This document shows, in pieces, positions 26,143 to 38,699 of a stretch of DNA of 64,000 nt. The stretch covers positions 277,008-341,007 of the forward strand of contig JAAOMT010000603.1 in assembly GCA_016748015.1 (NCBI GenBank), in the 5' to 3' direction. Origin of the DNA: Geosiphon pyriformis uo1. Taxonomy: Eukaryota > Fungi > Glomeromycota. Each line of letters opens with the position of its first letter. The first letter of the stretch is position 1. Both the position numbers and the translations under genes were made by a program. The notes beneath the pieces were generated by a model, which was not told where the DNA came from, ran no database searches, and saw only the letters and a program-made list of their open reading frames with translations.

Positions 26143-27239
26143 CTAATCCTAATGGAGAAAATTCTGTTAAAAGATACGAATCAATGGCAAAATGACACCA
26201 TGTCTTTTTTACCTGTCGACCTTTCAGCGTACGAGTAATGACTCGTTCTGGAGTTCTAAATTTAAAACAAATTATTTAAAAAACATAATCATCTCCATAA
26301 ACACCCCCTCTTCTCACCACTATGATTAACCGGACAAATATCCTTACATTATATGAACCAAAGCTCCCCAACCGCTCAAGCAATCCCTATCAATTGAATT
26401 AAGTAGAGCTTGTGATATTGTTTCAAATAGATCCTCAGGCTCCTTCAGAATCAAACCAATGAACAGGGGGTTAGTGTAAGTCAGATCACAATTAAGATAT
26501 AAGATTTTAAAGGATTCTACCAAATCTGGTTCCCACAAGGATTCACACATGCCGTACAAACTCTGAGATGATGTCCCAGACACCACAAAGTCGTCAGCCT
26601 CATTAAGGCAACCAATAACATCCATCACGCAGATGAATGGCTCATTTTTCTTGTTTAAGCCAGCAACCACAGGCTCAACAAAGTAAGGTCCAAACCTATT
26701 CAAAAATCGATTTAAACGGGTTTTAATGGAATCAAATATGTAACCGTTTGAGCTTACCTTTTTTCATACAAAGTGGAAGAAATCATATTTGACAACGTTT
26801 TCGGCTCAATTTCGCGTTCTTCGCGCAATCTGTACATGTTAATTTTGAATCGCAATCTTTCGGATCTTATGTCATTATAGTAAAAATTTAAATCAGTTGT
26901 GGTCTCGTTTAATGAAGCTTTATAAAGGTGGCGAAGGTTATTTGAAGTTTATTACAGTGTTTGACTATCGGTGGCTAAACCGGCGAATCCAACATAGCTT
27001 TTTTCAGTAGCCTGATACATTTTAGGAAACTCGGTTGATACAGTCATTAATTGAACTCCAAGGCGTTTATCAGAAGCTATGGCAACACAATTTTTTCCAA
27101 CCATGGCCACCAAGGCCCCTCCATTATATGACATTATCTAAAGACGGCATATATAGAAGGAAGTATTGTATAAGCACTTTTTGTTCTAGACATTTAGTCG
27201 AAAATATATTAAAATATATTTAAATATACTTGCCGACAT
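26143..27239 (-). CDS. PUP3: 20S proteasome subunit beta-3, multi-exon
   Basis: [75 protein letters not shown]. Confidence 0.96.
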
Positions 27240-27441
27240 CTTGAAGTTGTAAAATATCCAGAAAGTTGTAAATTGAGTAATCTTCTAAGCTCCAAGCTCG
27301 AGATCTTATAAAAATACTTGCGTGTATTATCGCCACAAAAAATGCCACAGTGCCACACTTACCTGATACTGATTTTACAAGTTTTTGCTTAGGGCAGATC
27401 CACTCAAACGTTTGATTTTTTATCCAGCAGAAAGAGATCGA

Positions 27442-29261
27442 ATGCTTCGCACAAGAACTCTCCAAGGTCCTTTAGTAGCTTCGGTCGGCAAGGGGCTAAA
27501 ACGCCTTTTTGCTAGCGTTGTTGACTCACCAGTCCATGTGACAAAGTCCACAAATGGGGTGACAGTGGTGGCTGTTGAAGGTGAATAGAAAACTTTTTGT
27601 TTTTTACCAAAGATGCTGTGTACAAAGTTTTCAGCTGTTAGCCTATGCTTGCTTTTATCTTGATTTAAAGTCGACCACTTGAAAAATAAAAAGATAGTGC
27701 GCCGGCAGTTTCTGTCGCAGTCGTGGTCAAAGCCGGTCCTCGAGTAGAAACTACTGAAAATATTGGTGTCTCAAATTATTTGAAGAACTTTGCCTTTAAG
27801 GTGAGTGGGTTAGTAAATTTTGATTTAAGAAACGCATTTGGTTTGCAAGACATTGCCTGATATACAACAATTTTCTAAAACGAGCTTTAATTTTGTGATT
27901 GATGATTGCTCAAATTAGGAAACGACAAAACGTACTGCATTCCGCACTACACGAGAGACAGAACTACTAGGTGGATTGCTATCTGCTAATTTAACCAGAG
28001 AAAATTTAGTTCTTTCAGCTGAATTCTTGGAAAACGATCTGTGAGTGTTTTATATTGATATAATATTATTGTTATTTAATACCTTCTTACTTTGATACCA
28101 TTTTTCTCAAATAAAATACCTTTATGCTGTATGCTTGGCCATCTATCCAAGTCCTTTCTTCATAGAGATTTTATCTGACACAATAACCAATGCAAAGTAT
28201 AATCCATGGGATTTTGAGGAGGTTAAAGAGAATGTGAAATTTGAAACCGAGGCTGCTCATCATATTCCAGAGATTCTTGCTTTGGATGCTGCTCACGCGG
28301 TTGCTTTTCGTAATGGACTTGGAAATTCGTTGTTTGCAGATTCCACGACGAAAGTCAAGAGTATCGAAGATGTGAAGGCCTTTGCTGGTCAAGTTTATAC
28401 CACCCCCAATATCACAATTATCGGTACAGGGATTGATTCCAAAAAACTTACATCCTTGATAGACCAATATTTCAAGGAATTAAGCAATGGATCTTCCATA
28501 ATATCTAGTCCCACTAAATACTTTGGGGGTGATTCGCGTATCCCAATCCCATCTGAAAAAAGTCATTTTGTCCTTGCTTTTCCAGGTGCTGCTACTGGTA
28601 CAAGTGACTTTGCAGCACTACAAGTTCTTCGATTTATTCTAGGGGCCGAAAAGCACACGAAATGGGGGGAAGGTGTTTCTCCTCTAGCTCAGAGTGCAAA
28701 TAAATATTTAACCGGTACTCGGACCAATACTTTTAACGCTGGGTATTCGGATACTGGCCTTTTTGGTGTATACATAGAAGGGTCATCTGCTTCTGTAAAT
28801 GAAGTTGCTCATGCGGCTGCTGAGAAGTTGAAGAAAATTTCCCAGAATATCTTGAATGAAGATTTCAAACGTGCAATAGCGAAAGCAAAATTTGACACCG
28901 CCGCCTCGTATGAGACCCGCGCTGCCAAGACAGAGATTGTGAGCGGCCAGGTATTAAGTTCGAAATGAGGCATCTAATTTTTGAGCAAGGATGATATTCT
29001 AAATTCACTTATTCTTGCATATAGATTCCATCATTTGCAAAAGCAACCCCCGTAACGACCGCCCTCAGTCTATATGATGACCTGAATTCTGATTATGTTC
29101 AAAGTGTAAGTAAAAAAAAAAAAAATTTGGATTTTCTGCCTTTCTATTCTCACTCCCCATCACCCTGATAGGTTGCACAGAAGATAATTAAAACCAAGCC
29201 TACGGCGATAGCAGTTGGGGACATACGATCTCTACCTTTCGCTGATTCTTTTAATTTCTAA
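27442..29261 (+). CDS. QCR2: Cytochrome bc1 complex core protein 2 (M16 peptidase family), multi-exon
   Basis: Mitochondrial presequence, VVKAGPR.E, LKNFAFK, RETELLGG.L, AHAVAFRNGLGNSL, NAGYSDTGLFG, AVGDIRSLPFAD. Confidence 0.9.
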
Positions 29262-29699
29262 AATGATTTCTGATCTATTTCTTTAAACCTTAAAGATGCT
29301 AAGAAAACAGTTTATTAAAAATCCATATATTTTAAATTAGCGAAAGAAACTTTCACAGCTCTTGATACTATCTTATTTTAAGATTCACATCCCTAGTGCT
29401 TTTTCGGAAGAGTTTGACGCGCAGTTTTCAGCCCGAGAACAGGAATCATCAAACGCGAGATTCAGTTTGGATTTGTTTCTACCCTCTGGGCGAGATTAAT
29501 TTCCACCATGTCTTTAGGATTTGGTGGAAGCAGCAGCATAATTCTATGTTATCCTACCTTCTTTTGGCCGCTATAAAGCTTATCATTAGCGAGAAGGTCT
29601 CTCAACTGCTGATACTTTAGAATGGTCCCTAGCCATTACTATAATCAATATCTAATTTAATTATCGAAGGCCCTGAAATTTTGTCGAAATTGAGATTTT

Positions 29700-30573
29700 T
29701 ACCCAAACCTCTTGGTAAAAATAAAATGCATTTATATTTTGTTAATAAATTATATTTATTTTAATATATAAAGTATAAGTAAACAAAATAAGTATAGTTT
29801 TATTAAAAATACGATAAATCTTAATTTTAATAACAGTTTTATTATTTAATTAGTTTTTTATATGATTAAATTGAAATTTATATTACAATATATATTTATA
29901 TTTTTATTGTATACAACAATTAAAAGCTGTTTATAGGTTTTGTATATTTTATAAAAATTATAAAATAATTTTTAAAATAAATTAATTAATTAATTAATAA
30001 TAATAAATCTTTTTTTTGTTAATTTCTAGTTTATTAGATTTAAAAAACCAAATACTATTTTATAATATAAATTTTATATACTTTTTGTTTATACTTTTAA
30101 TTTACACTATTAATACAAACTGTTTTAAGATATTTGTGTTAAGAAATTTAGTTAAAAAACTTATTAATATATTGGAAAAATTTGAAATAATAATTAGAAA
30201 AAAAAATTCTAAAAAATTCTAAAAAAAATTTAATTATTGTATAAAAAAAGATTTTAAAAACAAAATAATTAAAAAAAAAACCAATAATAAAATCTAATAA
30301 TTATTAGAAAAAAAAATAATATAACCAGTAATATTAGTAATAAATAATTAATAAGAAAAAAATTGAATAAAGAAGATTTAAAAGTTTTTAAATAATACAC
30401 TTTTTTAATTTTTTTTTAAATATTTTATTTAAAATTATTAAAAACTGCTTAAAATAGAAAAAAAACCAATTACAATATTTAATATATTAAAGATTAATTA
30501 TTTTGTTATTAAAAAAAAATATAATTATTATAAAATTAATAAAAATAAAAAAATTATTTAATATTGATTGTAA

Positions 30574-30608
<35 letters not shown>

Positions 30609-32510
30609 CATATTTTATTAAATAATTAAAACTATATTTATATCTAAATTCAATAATAGCCAAAAAAAAAATTATTTTTACTTTTTATATAATTATAAAA
30701 ACTATTATATTAAAATTATGTTAATTAAACTAATATTTATTAGAATTACTAATAAATAAATATTAAAATTCTATATATATTAATATCACGTGTTGCGGAT
30801 GGGTCGATTTAGCAATTTCTTAAAAATATTATATATATTGTTATTAATTAAATAAAATTAACATTAATTTACAAAATAAATAAATAATATATATAAATTT
30901 TATGTATTAATATAATTTTAATATATTCTTATTTTTAAAAATTAAATTATAGATTTTAACTTATATATTTACTATATATAATTAATTACTCAAATTTAAA
31001 TTAATAAATATTTATTTATTTTTAAATTAAAAACATTTAATATTTTAATTTTACCAAAATACTTAACAAAAATCTATTTATTTTTAATATGTTTACATAA
31101 TTACTTTTTAATTTATTTTTATTAAACTTAATATTATTTTTTATTATAATATACATATTATATATTTATTTATAAATAATAACAATTAATTAAATTTATA
31201 AATATTTATAATTTAAGCTTTATGTCTGTTTCTAAATTAATTAAAATTTTTAAACACAATAATAATTAAGTTATCAATATATTTGATTTAAGTTTTTAGA
31301 AAAACAAAATAATTTTTAATATTTATAGCAAAATTAATTTTAGTAGTCAAAAAAAACAATTAAATTTGTTAAAAAACTAATTCTTATAATCATAAATTTA
31401 ATAAAAACAAATAATTTTACAGCTTAAATTTTAAAAAAACCAATTTAAATTTATACCAAAATATTATTAAAGAAGTAACAGTTTTAACATAAAGCACAAA
31501 TTTTAAATACAACAAAAAACTTTAATAATTGTTTAAAAAAAACAGAAACAATTTTATAAACAAAAACCAATTAATTTAAACTTTAATCTTTGTAATAATA
31601 TAAATATTTAAAAGTTTTTTATTAAATATAAATTTTATATAAAGTAATAGTTTTAATAATTATTTTATTAAATGCTTTTTTAAACTTAAAAATAACAATA
31701 ATTAATATAAAAAAATCAAAAAATAAAACAAGTTTAATTACCAATTTAAAAAACCAAATTACTAATTTAAAAAAAATATAATAAAATTTTTTTAATTATC
31801 AAAAAGAAAAATCTTAATATTATTTTTTATTATAAAAACTAATTAACAAATAAAAATAGCTTTAATAGTTTTAAAAAACTTAAAATACATAATAATATAT
31901 TATTATAAATCAACAAATTTTAATTTATAATTTTATTAAAAATACTTAAGAAAACATTATACAAAACTACAGCAAAAAAACAAAAACCAATATTATAAAA
32001 AATTTTGCAATTTTAAAAAATTACCAGACAAAATTTAAGCAAAAAAATCTAAAAATAAATTTTATACAAAAAAACTTGATATTTTTTTTATAATTAATTT
32101 TAAATCAAAAAAAATTATATATAAACTAAAAAACAAATTTAATATAATATTTTTTTAAAAAAAGCTTTTTTTATATTATAGTATTATTTTTAATTTTCGT
32201 ATTTTTTTGATAATATTTTAAATTATAGCTTATTTTATTAAATTATTAAATATTTTATTAAATTTTTAAATTATTTAGCAAATTTTTAATATTATAAAAT
32301 TTAAAATATTGTATAATTAATTTATTATATTTAATTATATTTGTGTATTTATACAAAATAAATTACTAATAAAATAATAAAAATTAATAATATAACACAA
32401 TAATAAATAATATTTTGTATTAATTAATAATATTAACTAATAATTTAATATTTAATATTTTTATAAAAAATTGCCAATTGTTGTTAAAAAATAACTTGAT
32501 AATTTTTTGT
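29700..32510. repeat. Extremely AT-rich decayed repeat/TE relic region
   Basis: Very few G/C, no credible ORFs; 31830-32030 aligns by eye with 56495-56700. Confidence 0.6.
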
Positions 32511-33244
32511 ATTTTTTTTTTTTTGTTATTAGGCTTAATAAGTGAGGTCCAAACACAATCTAGTGCTATACATCAAAAAAATGATCTAAACTAGGCATGA
32601 ATCATGTATTTTCTACATGTGACCAGCCACTTGGGCCAATAAGAACAACACTACATAGCTATATGAACAGAAACTGGGTTACCTATATCAGAAAAAAACA
32701 AACAAGACTTGCGAAAGCCAAAATAAACACCAACAGCATTAGCTATACCAAGTAATTTAACCACACCAGCAAAAAACCTCGAAGCCAAACCAGGAACCAA
32801 GATGACAGCCAAATCATCAACTGAAATCAACCTATTTTTCTCTATGTAAGCACAATGCTTAGCACAAATTGACCAGACATCAGTTCTAAACACAAGACCA
32901 AGAGAATACACAAATTTGACAATCTCTGAACTGGCAATCTTGGGATCATGAAAGATGGAAACACCTTTGCAAAACCAATCATCAAAAACAAAACCTTTAT
33001 GAAAAGCCATGAACACAAAAAAATTAAAGATGCAGAATGACAACAGTTGCAATACGCCTAAAAAGGAATGAAAAAAACCAAAAATCGCTTTCCAAGAATT
33101 CACATAAGACTCCAACAAATGACACTAAGCAGATTCATCAACCTTATAAGAGAACACATGATCTGACACCTCCATTTTACCACAATACAAGCACAACACA
33201 CTAGGGTATAGCTTATTATAAAGACACTTCCAAACAGCAACTGG

Positions 33245-34233
33245 TGTTACTAGAGGTTTTTGGTCTCTTTTCTTAAATGTTGTTGATGTTAATTTGCTGT
33301 GAATTCACGTTTTCAGGAAGTAGTTGAACCTCCAGTAACTGAATTTATCTTCAAATTATCTCCTATAATTTGAACTGCTGGGCTTATAAGTGGAATGGCC
33401 AATTCTGTGCCAGTTGCTTTGTGTAGTTACGTTGTAGTAAATGTCAACTCTTTCCCAGAAATTGTTCATCTGGAAGCTCACTAAAAATATGTAGTTACTT
33501 TGCTGTGAAAGTCAACTCTTCTACAGGAATCTCATCTGTAGGCTACTCTAATGATTGTAATAAGAAAAGAAATGAAAAATAAAAGAAATGAAAAAGAAAA
33601 AATAAAACTGATGATTTATGGAAGTTGTTTCGGATCCAGGCCTAGAAGTACTTTAACAGTTTACTGAAATTGGTAGCTAGTCAATTTCAAACTGTTAGTA
33701 GAAATTGGTTAATTTCAAGGGAAATAATTTAAGAATTTGGCTTTTCGAATTATTTAATATTTATTTGTCTTTTGGGTGTAAAGGATTATTCTACTTGTTT
33801 TAAATCTAAAGTAAGATATATTTTCTCGAAAAGAAAAGCTCTTCTTTTATACAACTTGTCATAACACTATTCTATGAACTCGAACTTTGCTATTTTCTAT
33901 AATTTTGCTGAACTAAAGATACATTTCGGCAAACTACAAGTTATTTCTGCAAACTATTAGATATTTCGGTGAACTATCAATTATTTCGGCGAATTTCTTA
34001 CAAATTTCGGCGAATTTTTTGAATATTACATAGTTCGGGGTATTGCATAATTGATCATCACAATTAGGTTACATTTGTGTTATGTACAAATTGGGTTATT
34101 AATTAAATGATAATTTCGGATATTTTGCTAATGTAATAAGTGATAATTTGAAAAAATAATATACACTAATTAATAATAAGATTTATAAGGGTAATTTCAT
34201 GCTAAACAATATCTCTAATTTTGTCTGGTAACA
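33245..34233 (-). repeat. 3' LTR of the gypsy element
   Basis: Direct repeat of 41990-42978; preceded on the minus strand by PPT GAAGAGGAGG (34237-34246). Confidence 0.95.
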
Positions 34234-34267
34234 TAACCTCCTCTTCAAGACTGAGCTCCATTGAAGT

Positions 34268-34921
34268 TCAAGTACTGTCTGTAATTTCCAGATAATAATC
34301 TAAAATTATTGAAGAAATTTGGTCTGAAAATTGTTGAAATTTCAGTTCTGTGAGCTTTTCAATGTATTGAATCTTCAAAGACTGTAAAATTGGGTTTTGT
34401 AGGACGTTTTCACAGGTGTGGAATAGGTCATAAAGTCTAAAAGCAGCTCTTAGTTTATAACGACTGTTTGTAGGTCCAGCTGTTGTCTTGAATTTGTTGT
34501 GGAGTTGTTTCTGAATAGCTTCTTTTGTGAAATTTGCTGCTGTAAGCTCCTGTTTTCGTTCATGAAGTGTTTTTCCAATGTAGAAATATTTATATATTGG
34601 AGTATAGTCATGGTTTTCTTTATTAAGACACAGTTAAAGTTTTTGTTGAATAGTAGCATTTGGTGGAATACTAATTGAAGTGAACATTAAATTTTCTCTT
34701 AAAACAAGCTTTAAAAGTTCTGGCAGGTGAATTCCAAAATAACTTCTTGTGTTCTTCTTATATGGGTGATATTTTCATGAATTTGGGGCTAAATTTGTGA
34801 CTACTTTTGTTTGGGTATAATTAATGTGGTTTCCAGTAACAGTAATAGATAATTCGGGTATTGTTTTTAAAGCTAACATTAGTTTTTGGGATAATTGTTG
34901 AATGTTTTGAGGAATAGTCAT
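34268..34921 (-). pseudogene. Extra 218-codon ORF between integrase and 3' LTR (unknown function, not env-like)
   Basis: ATG 34921 to TGA 34268 in one frame with only two internal stops (TGA, TAA), both explicable as CGA/CAA C>T changes. Confidence 0.7.
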
Positions 34922-35043
34922 TATAAGAGATTTGAAAATAAAAGAAAATTATTTTTGGTGTATGGGTTTTTATGTTATTTTTGTTTTGTTTTTATGAGAT
35001 TGTTTCTAAATTATAAGAAAATAACTATAATAATAAATTTAAT

Positions 35044-36429
35044 TTAAGTGTTCAAGTTGGGAGGTTGTTCAATGACAACTATTGGTTCTAAATTCTGAGG
35101 AATATCTTTGGAATTGATTAAAGAGGAATGTGTGCCAATTTGTGGAATTAATGGTTCAGGATTGTTTCTAGAATTATAGTATTTCAAATGATTTCCATGT
35201 GCAACTTTTGCTAGGATTTTGTCATCAAGTCTTAGCTTGTATGATCCGTTGCCTAGAATTTCATAGATAAAGAATGGTCCATTTCATTTATTTTCAAATT
35301 TTCCACTCCATTGTTTTTCAGCTTTAGTTCTGTGTAAGAGAACTTTATTTCCAACTTTAAATTCGTTAATAATAGGTGGTAATTTGTTGTCATGTCTTTC
35401 TTTTTGTTGAGCTTGAGAATGTTCAATATGAGTTGCTGCTATTCATTGTTTTTCTTTCAATGTGCTAAGCAAAGTGTAGACTTTTTGTTGTAGTGTTTCC
35501 TGAAAATTGTTTTTATTGATTGGTTGTGCTGGGTATGTTTCCACTGTGAAACTAATTGGTAATATTGCTGTCCTTTCATAAGTTAAATCAAATGGTGTGT
35601 GTTTTGTGGTATCTTGTTTTAGTGTTCTATATGCTAGTAACACTTATAGAATAAAGATATCCCACTTTTGCTCAAAATCGGTTGAGACTTTGGCTAATGA
35701 CTCACACAATGTTCTGTTAAAATGTTCTACAAGTCCATTTGTTTGTGGATGGTAGGGTGAAAACAGAGGCCTTTTGACATTGAGTTGTTCACAAATTTCT
35801 TGTATCAGGTTGTTCACAAAGTGTGTTTTTTGATTAGATAAAAGTTTTATTGGGCATTCATGTCTACAAATAATGTCTTCGTAGATGAAGTTTGCTACTG
35901 ATTTCACATCTGCTCATTGAATGGCTCTGGCTTCAGGCCATTTAGTAAGATAGTCTATAGCTACTGCAATATAACGGTTTCCTTGAGTGGTAATAGATAG
36001 TGGTCTGACTAAATCGATACCAACTCAGTCGAAGAGTTGTCCAACTTTGATTGGATTTAATGGTTCAGTAGAGTGTGTTCCTCCTCTTCTTTGACAATTA
36101 TCACAAGATTCAACATATTCATGAATGTCTTTTTTCATTTGAGGCCAAAAGTAGTATTCTAGTGTTTTTTGGGTGGTGCTGTCTTTTCCGAAGTGTGCTG
36201 ATGAAGAATCTGAGTGCATGTTGTATAATATAGTCTCTTTTTCCTGTTCTTGTATTAATCTGAGTAGTTTGTCTGGGTTTTTGAAATTTCGATGATAAAT
36301 AATGTTGTTGTGTAGAAAATATTGTTTGGCTTGTTGTTGTAGTCGATGTTTTTCATCTGGAGACCAATCTGTTGAGATTGTTAATGTTTCCAAATATTGT
36401 TTGAGATTGTTGTAGTTTTCCAAATTCAT
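35044..36429 (-). pseudogene. Gypsy integrase (HHCC, DDE core, GPF/Y motif; no chromodomain seen)
   Basis: H....AHFG..T......YFWP, C..CQ, IDYLTKWPEA, SPYHPQTNGLVE.FNRTL, TPF.L, KW.GPF. Confidence 0.9.
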
Positions 36430-36480
36430 TGTTTGTTGGCTGTTTTGGTTGATTAAGTTGAGTGTTGGTTTTTGTGTTTT

Positions 36481-37560
36481 CTAATCTTGTCTTATTCTGG
36501 AGAGACAGTCAACATTGGNNNNNNNNNNNNNNNNNNNNGCTGCTGTTTCCAATTCAGTGGCAGGATAATTTTTTTCAGTTGGTTTTAATGTTCTGCTAGC
36601 ATAAGCAATTACTTGCTCATTTCCATTGTCATCCAATTGTAATAGGATAGCACCAAAGGCAGTATAAGAGACATCTGTTGCTAATCGGAATTAGTTGCCG
36701 AAATCTGGGTAGGCAAAAATTGGAGCTGTTATTAGTTTTTCTTTGAGAATTTCAAATGCATTTTGACATTCAGCAGTCCATTTGTATTTGACGTTTTTGG
36801 TGGTAAGCTGGTTGAGAGGTTTTGCGATTTCTGAGAATCCTATGATAAACTTTTGATAGTAGGAAGCTAACCCTATGAATCTTCTTAGTTCTGTAGTGTT
36901 TCGAAGAATTTTGAAGTTTTTGACAGCACTGATTTTTCCAGGGTCTGGTTTGATTCCATCTTTACTAACAATATGACCAAGGAAGGCCAAGCTTGTTTTT
37001 TCAAAGTAGCATTTTTCGATGTTGAGTTTTAGTCTTGTTTTTTGTAATCGTTGAAAAACTTTTTGCAGGTGTTTTAAGTGTAATTTGAATAATGAAGAAT
37101 AAACATCAGTATCGTCAAGATAAATAACTACTGACTTCCAGAGGAGCCCTTAGTACACAATATTCATTAATCTCTGAAACGTTGTTGGTGTATTGCATAA
37201 TCTAAAGAGCATTACATTGAACTCGTAATTTCTGCCTTGGGTGGTGAATGCTGTTTTGGGGTGATCTTTGGGATCCATAGCAACTTGCCAGTAACTGCTT
37301 TCTAAATTTAGTGTTAAAAAGTATTTGGATTTTCCAAGGGCATCTAACATGTCATCAATTTGGGGAAGAGGGTAGGCATCTCCAATTGTTATACTGTTGA
37401 GTTGTCAATAGTCAACACAAAATCGTATCTTTCCATTTTTCTTTTTAACTAGCACTACAAGTGAAGCCCAAGGACTCATGGAGAGTTGGATGAGCTCATT
37501 ATTAAGCATTTGTTGTACTTCTTCTCAGATAAATTGGTGGCTTTCTGGAGCAACTCGATA
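36481..37560 (-). pseudogene. Gypsy reverse transcriptase + RNase H (small N gap 36519-36538)
   Basis: SPWAS.VVLVKKK.GK.RFCVDY, YPLP.ID, YWQV, KTAF, YLDD (37111-37122), FLGH, F.L.TD.S, IAYASR, N.D.LSR. Confidence 0.92.
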
Positions 37561-38154
37561 TGCTTGTTGTCTTCTTGGTTTGGCATCTCCTGTATAAATT
37601 TGGTGTTGGACCAAATTGGTTTTTCCTAAGTCATTGTTGTTTTCAGCAAAGATATCAGCAAATTCTGTAATTAGTTTTTTGAGCTGGCTCCATTGTTGTG
37701 GTTCAAGTTGTCCCATGTTAATTTGAGATAGTTTTTCCATGACAACATGGTAGTTTTCAGAGCTAGGGTTTGAGTTGATTTTTGATAGTAAATGTCCAAT
37801 GATTTCCAAAAAATTGGGAACTGTCTGGAGTAGTTTTTGTTGAAAGATGTTACTGTGAATGACTCCAATTTCTAAGTTATTTAATAGAATTATGAGGTAA
37901 TTGTTGAGATTGTAAAAAGTAACTCGGACTTTTTTTGTTCCTTCTGGAATATAAATGTTTGGGATTGAAATATTATGTTCCAAGCAGACTTGTTCATTGG
38001 ACTCAAAAATTTGTTGTGTGGTTGTTGGCTTTGGGCAGGTGTAGATTTCTGGATGTTCTCCAAAGGGTAAAATGGTAATTGGTTGTGGAAGTCTGAGAAT
38101 CTGGTGGAATTCATTCTGTGTGTTAAGAGCTATATTAACTGGAACTATGAATCG

Positions 38155-38590
38155 TCCAGTTGAACCAAAACCTTGGGTTCCTCTATCACTTTTTCCTAAT
38201 TGTTCTCTTTGATTGACTAGTTGCAAACCCGAAATGTTGATTAAGAGTAGGTAAATAGCTTAAGCAATTTTTTCAGCATGGTCGATCTTGAATGATTTGT
38301 TAGTTTCATTTTGAAGCATCACTGTAATGTCTTCCATATATCCAGCATTAATTATTTCTCCTCTGACATTGATTCTTTTGCTTGCCAAAAAGGACTGGGA
38401 GGCGATTTGAACCATTGCTCTTGGTGGAATTTTGAGTGCAATTTTGAGGTTAAATTTTGTGAGAGATTTGGGTTTGAGAACAAGAGTATTCTTGTCTGGA
38501 TATCTTAGATCATATCCAGCATCAATTTCATGTGCTTTTTCAGGTTTTATTCCTTGTCCATTGTTGTTAAAGTATTTGAGTTGTAAGGCA
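38155..38590 (-). pseudogene. dUTPase domain within gypsy pol (between protease and RT)
   Basis: Motifs AHEIDAGYDL, IASQS (RS), IINAGY, IAQ-like (IA*), DRGTQGFGSTG; same frame as PR and RT. Confidence 0.9.
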
Positions 38591-38699
38591 GGCTGACTTT
38601 TGATAAGATAGATGGGTGTTGTTTCAATTTCTTCTGTTGCTTCAGGTTCTCCAAATTTAATTTCGTTTTTATCATTTTCACTGGGTAGGAGAATGCTAA

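Noticed and set aside
29396-30222. Short ORFs after QCR2
   Set aside because: No motifs, non-ATG starts, low complexity
30580-30608. Long poly-A as a retrocopy tail
   Set aside because: No recognisable upstream element or TSD in the surrounding AT-rich sequence
34268-34921. env gene (endogenous retrovirus)
   Set aside because: No signal peptide, furin site or transmembrane helix
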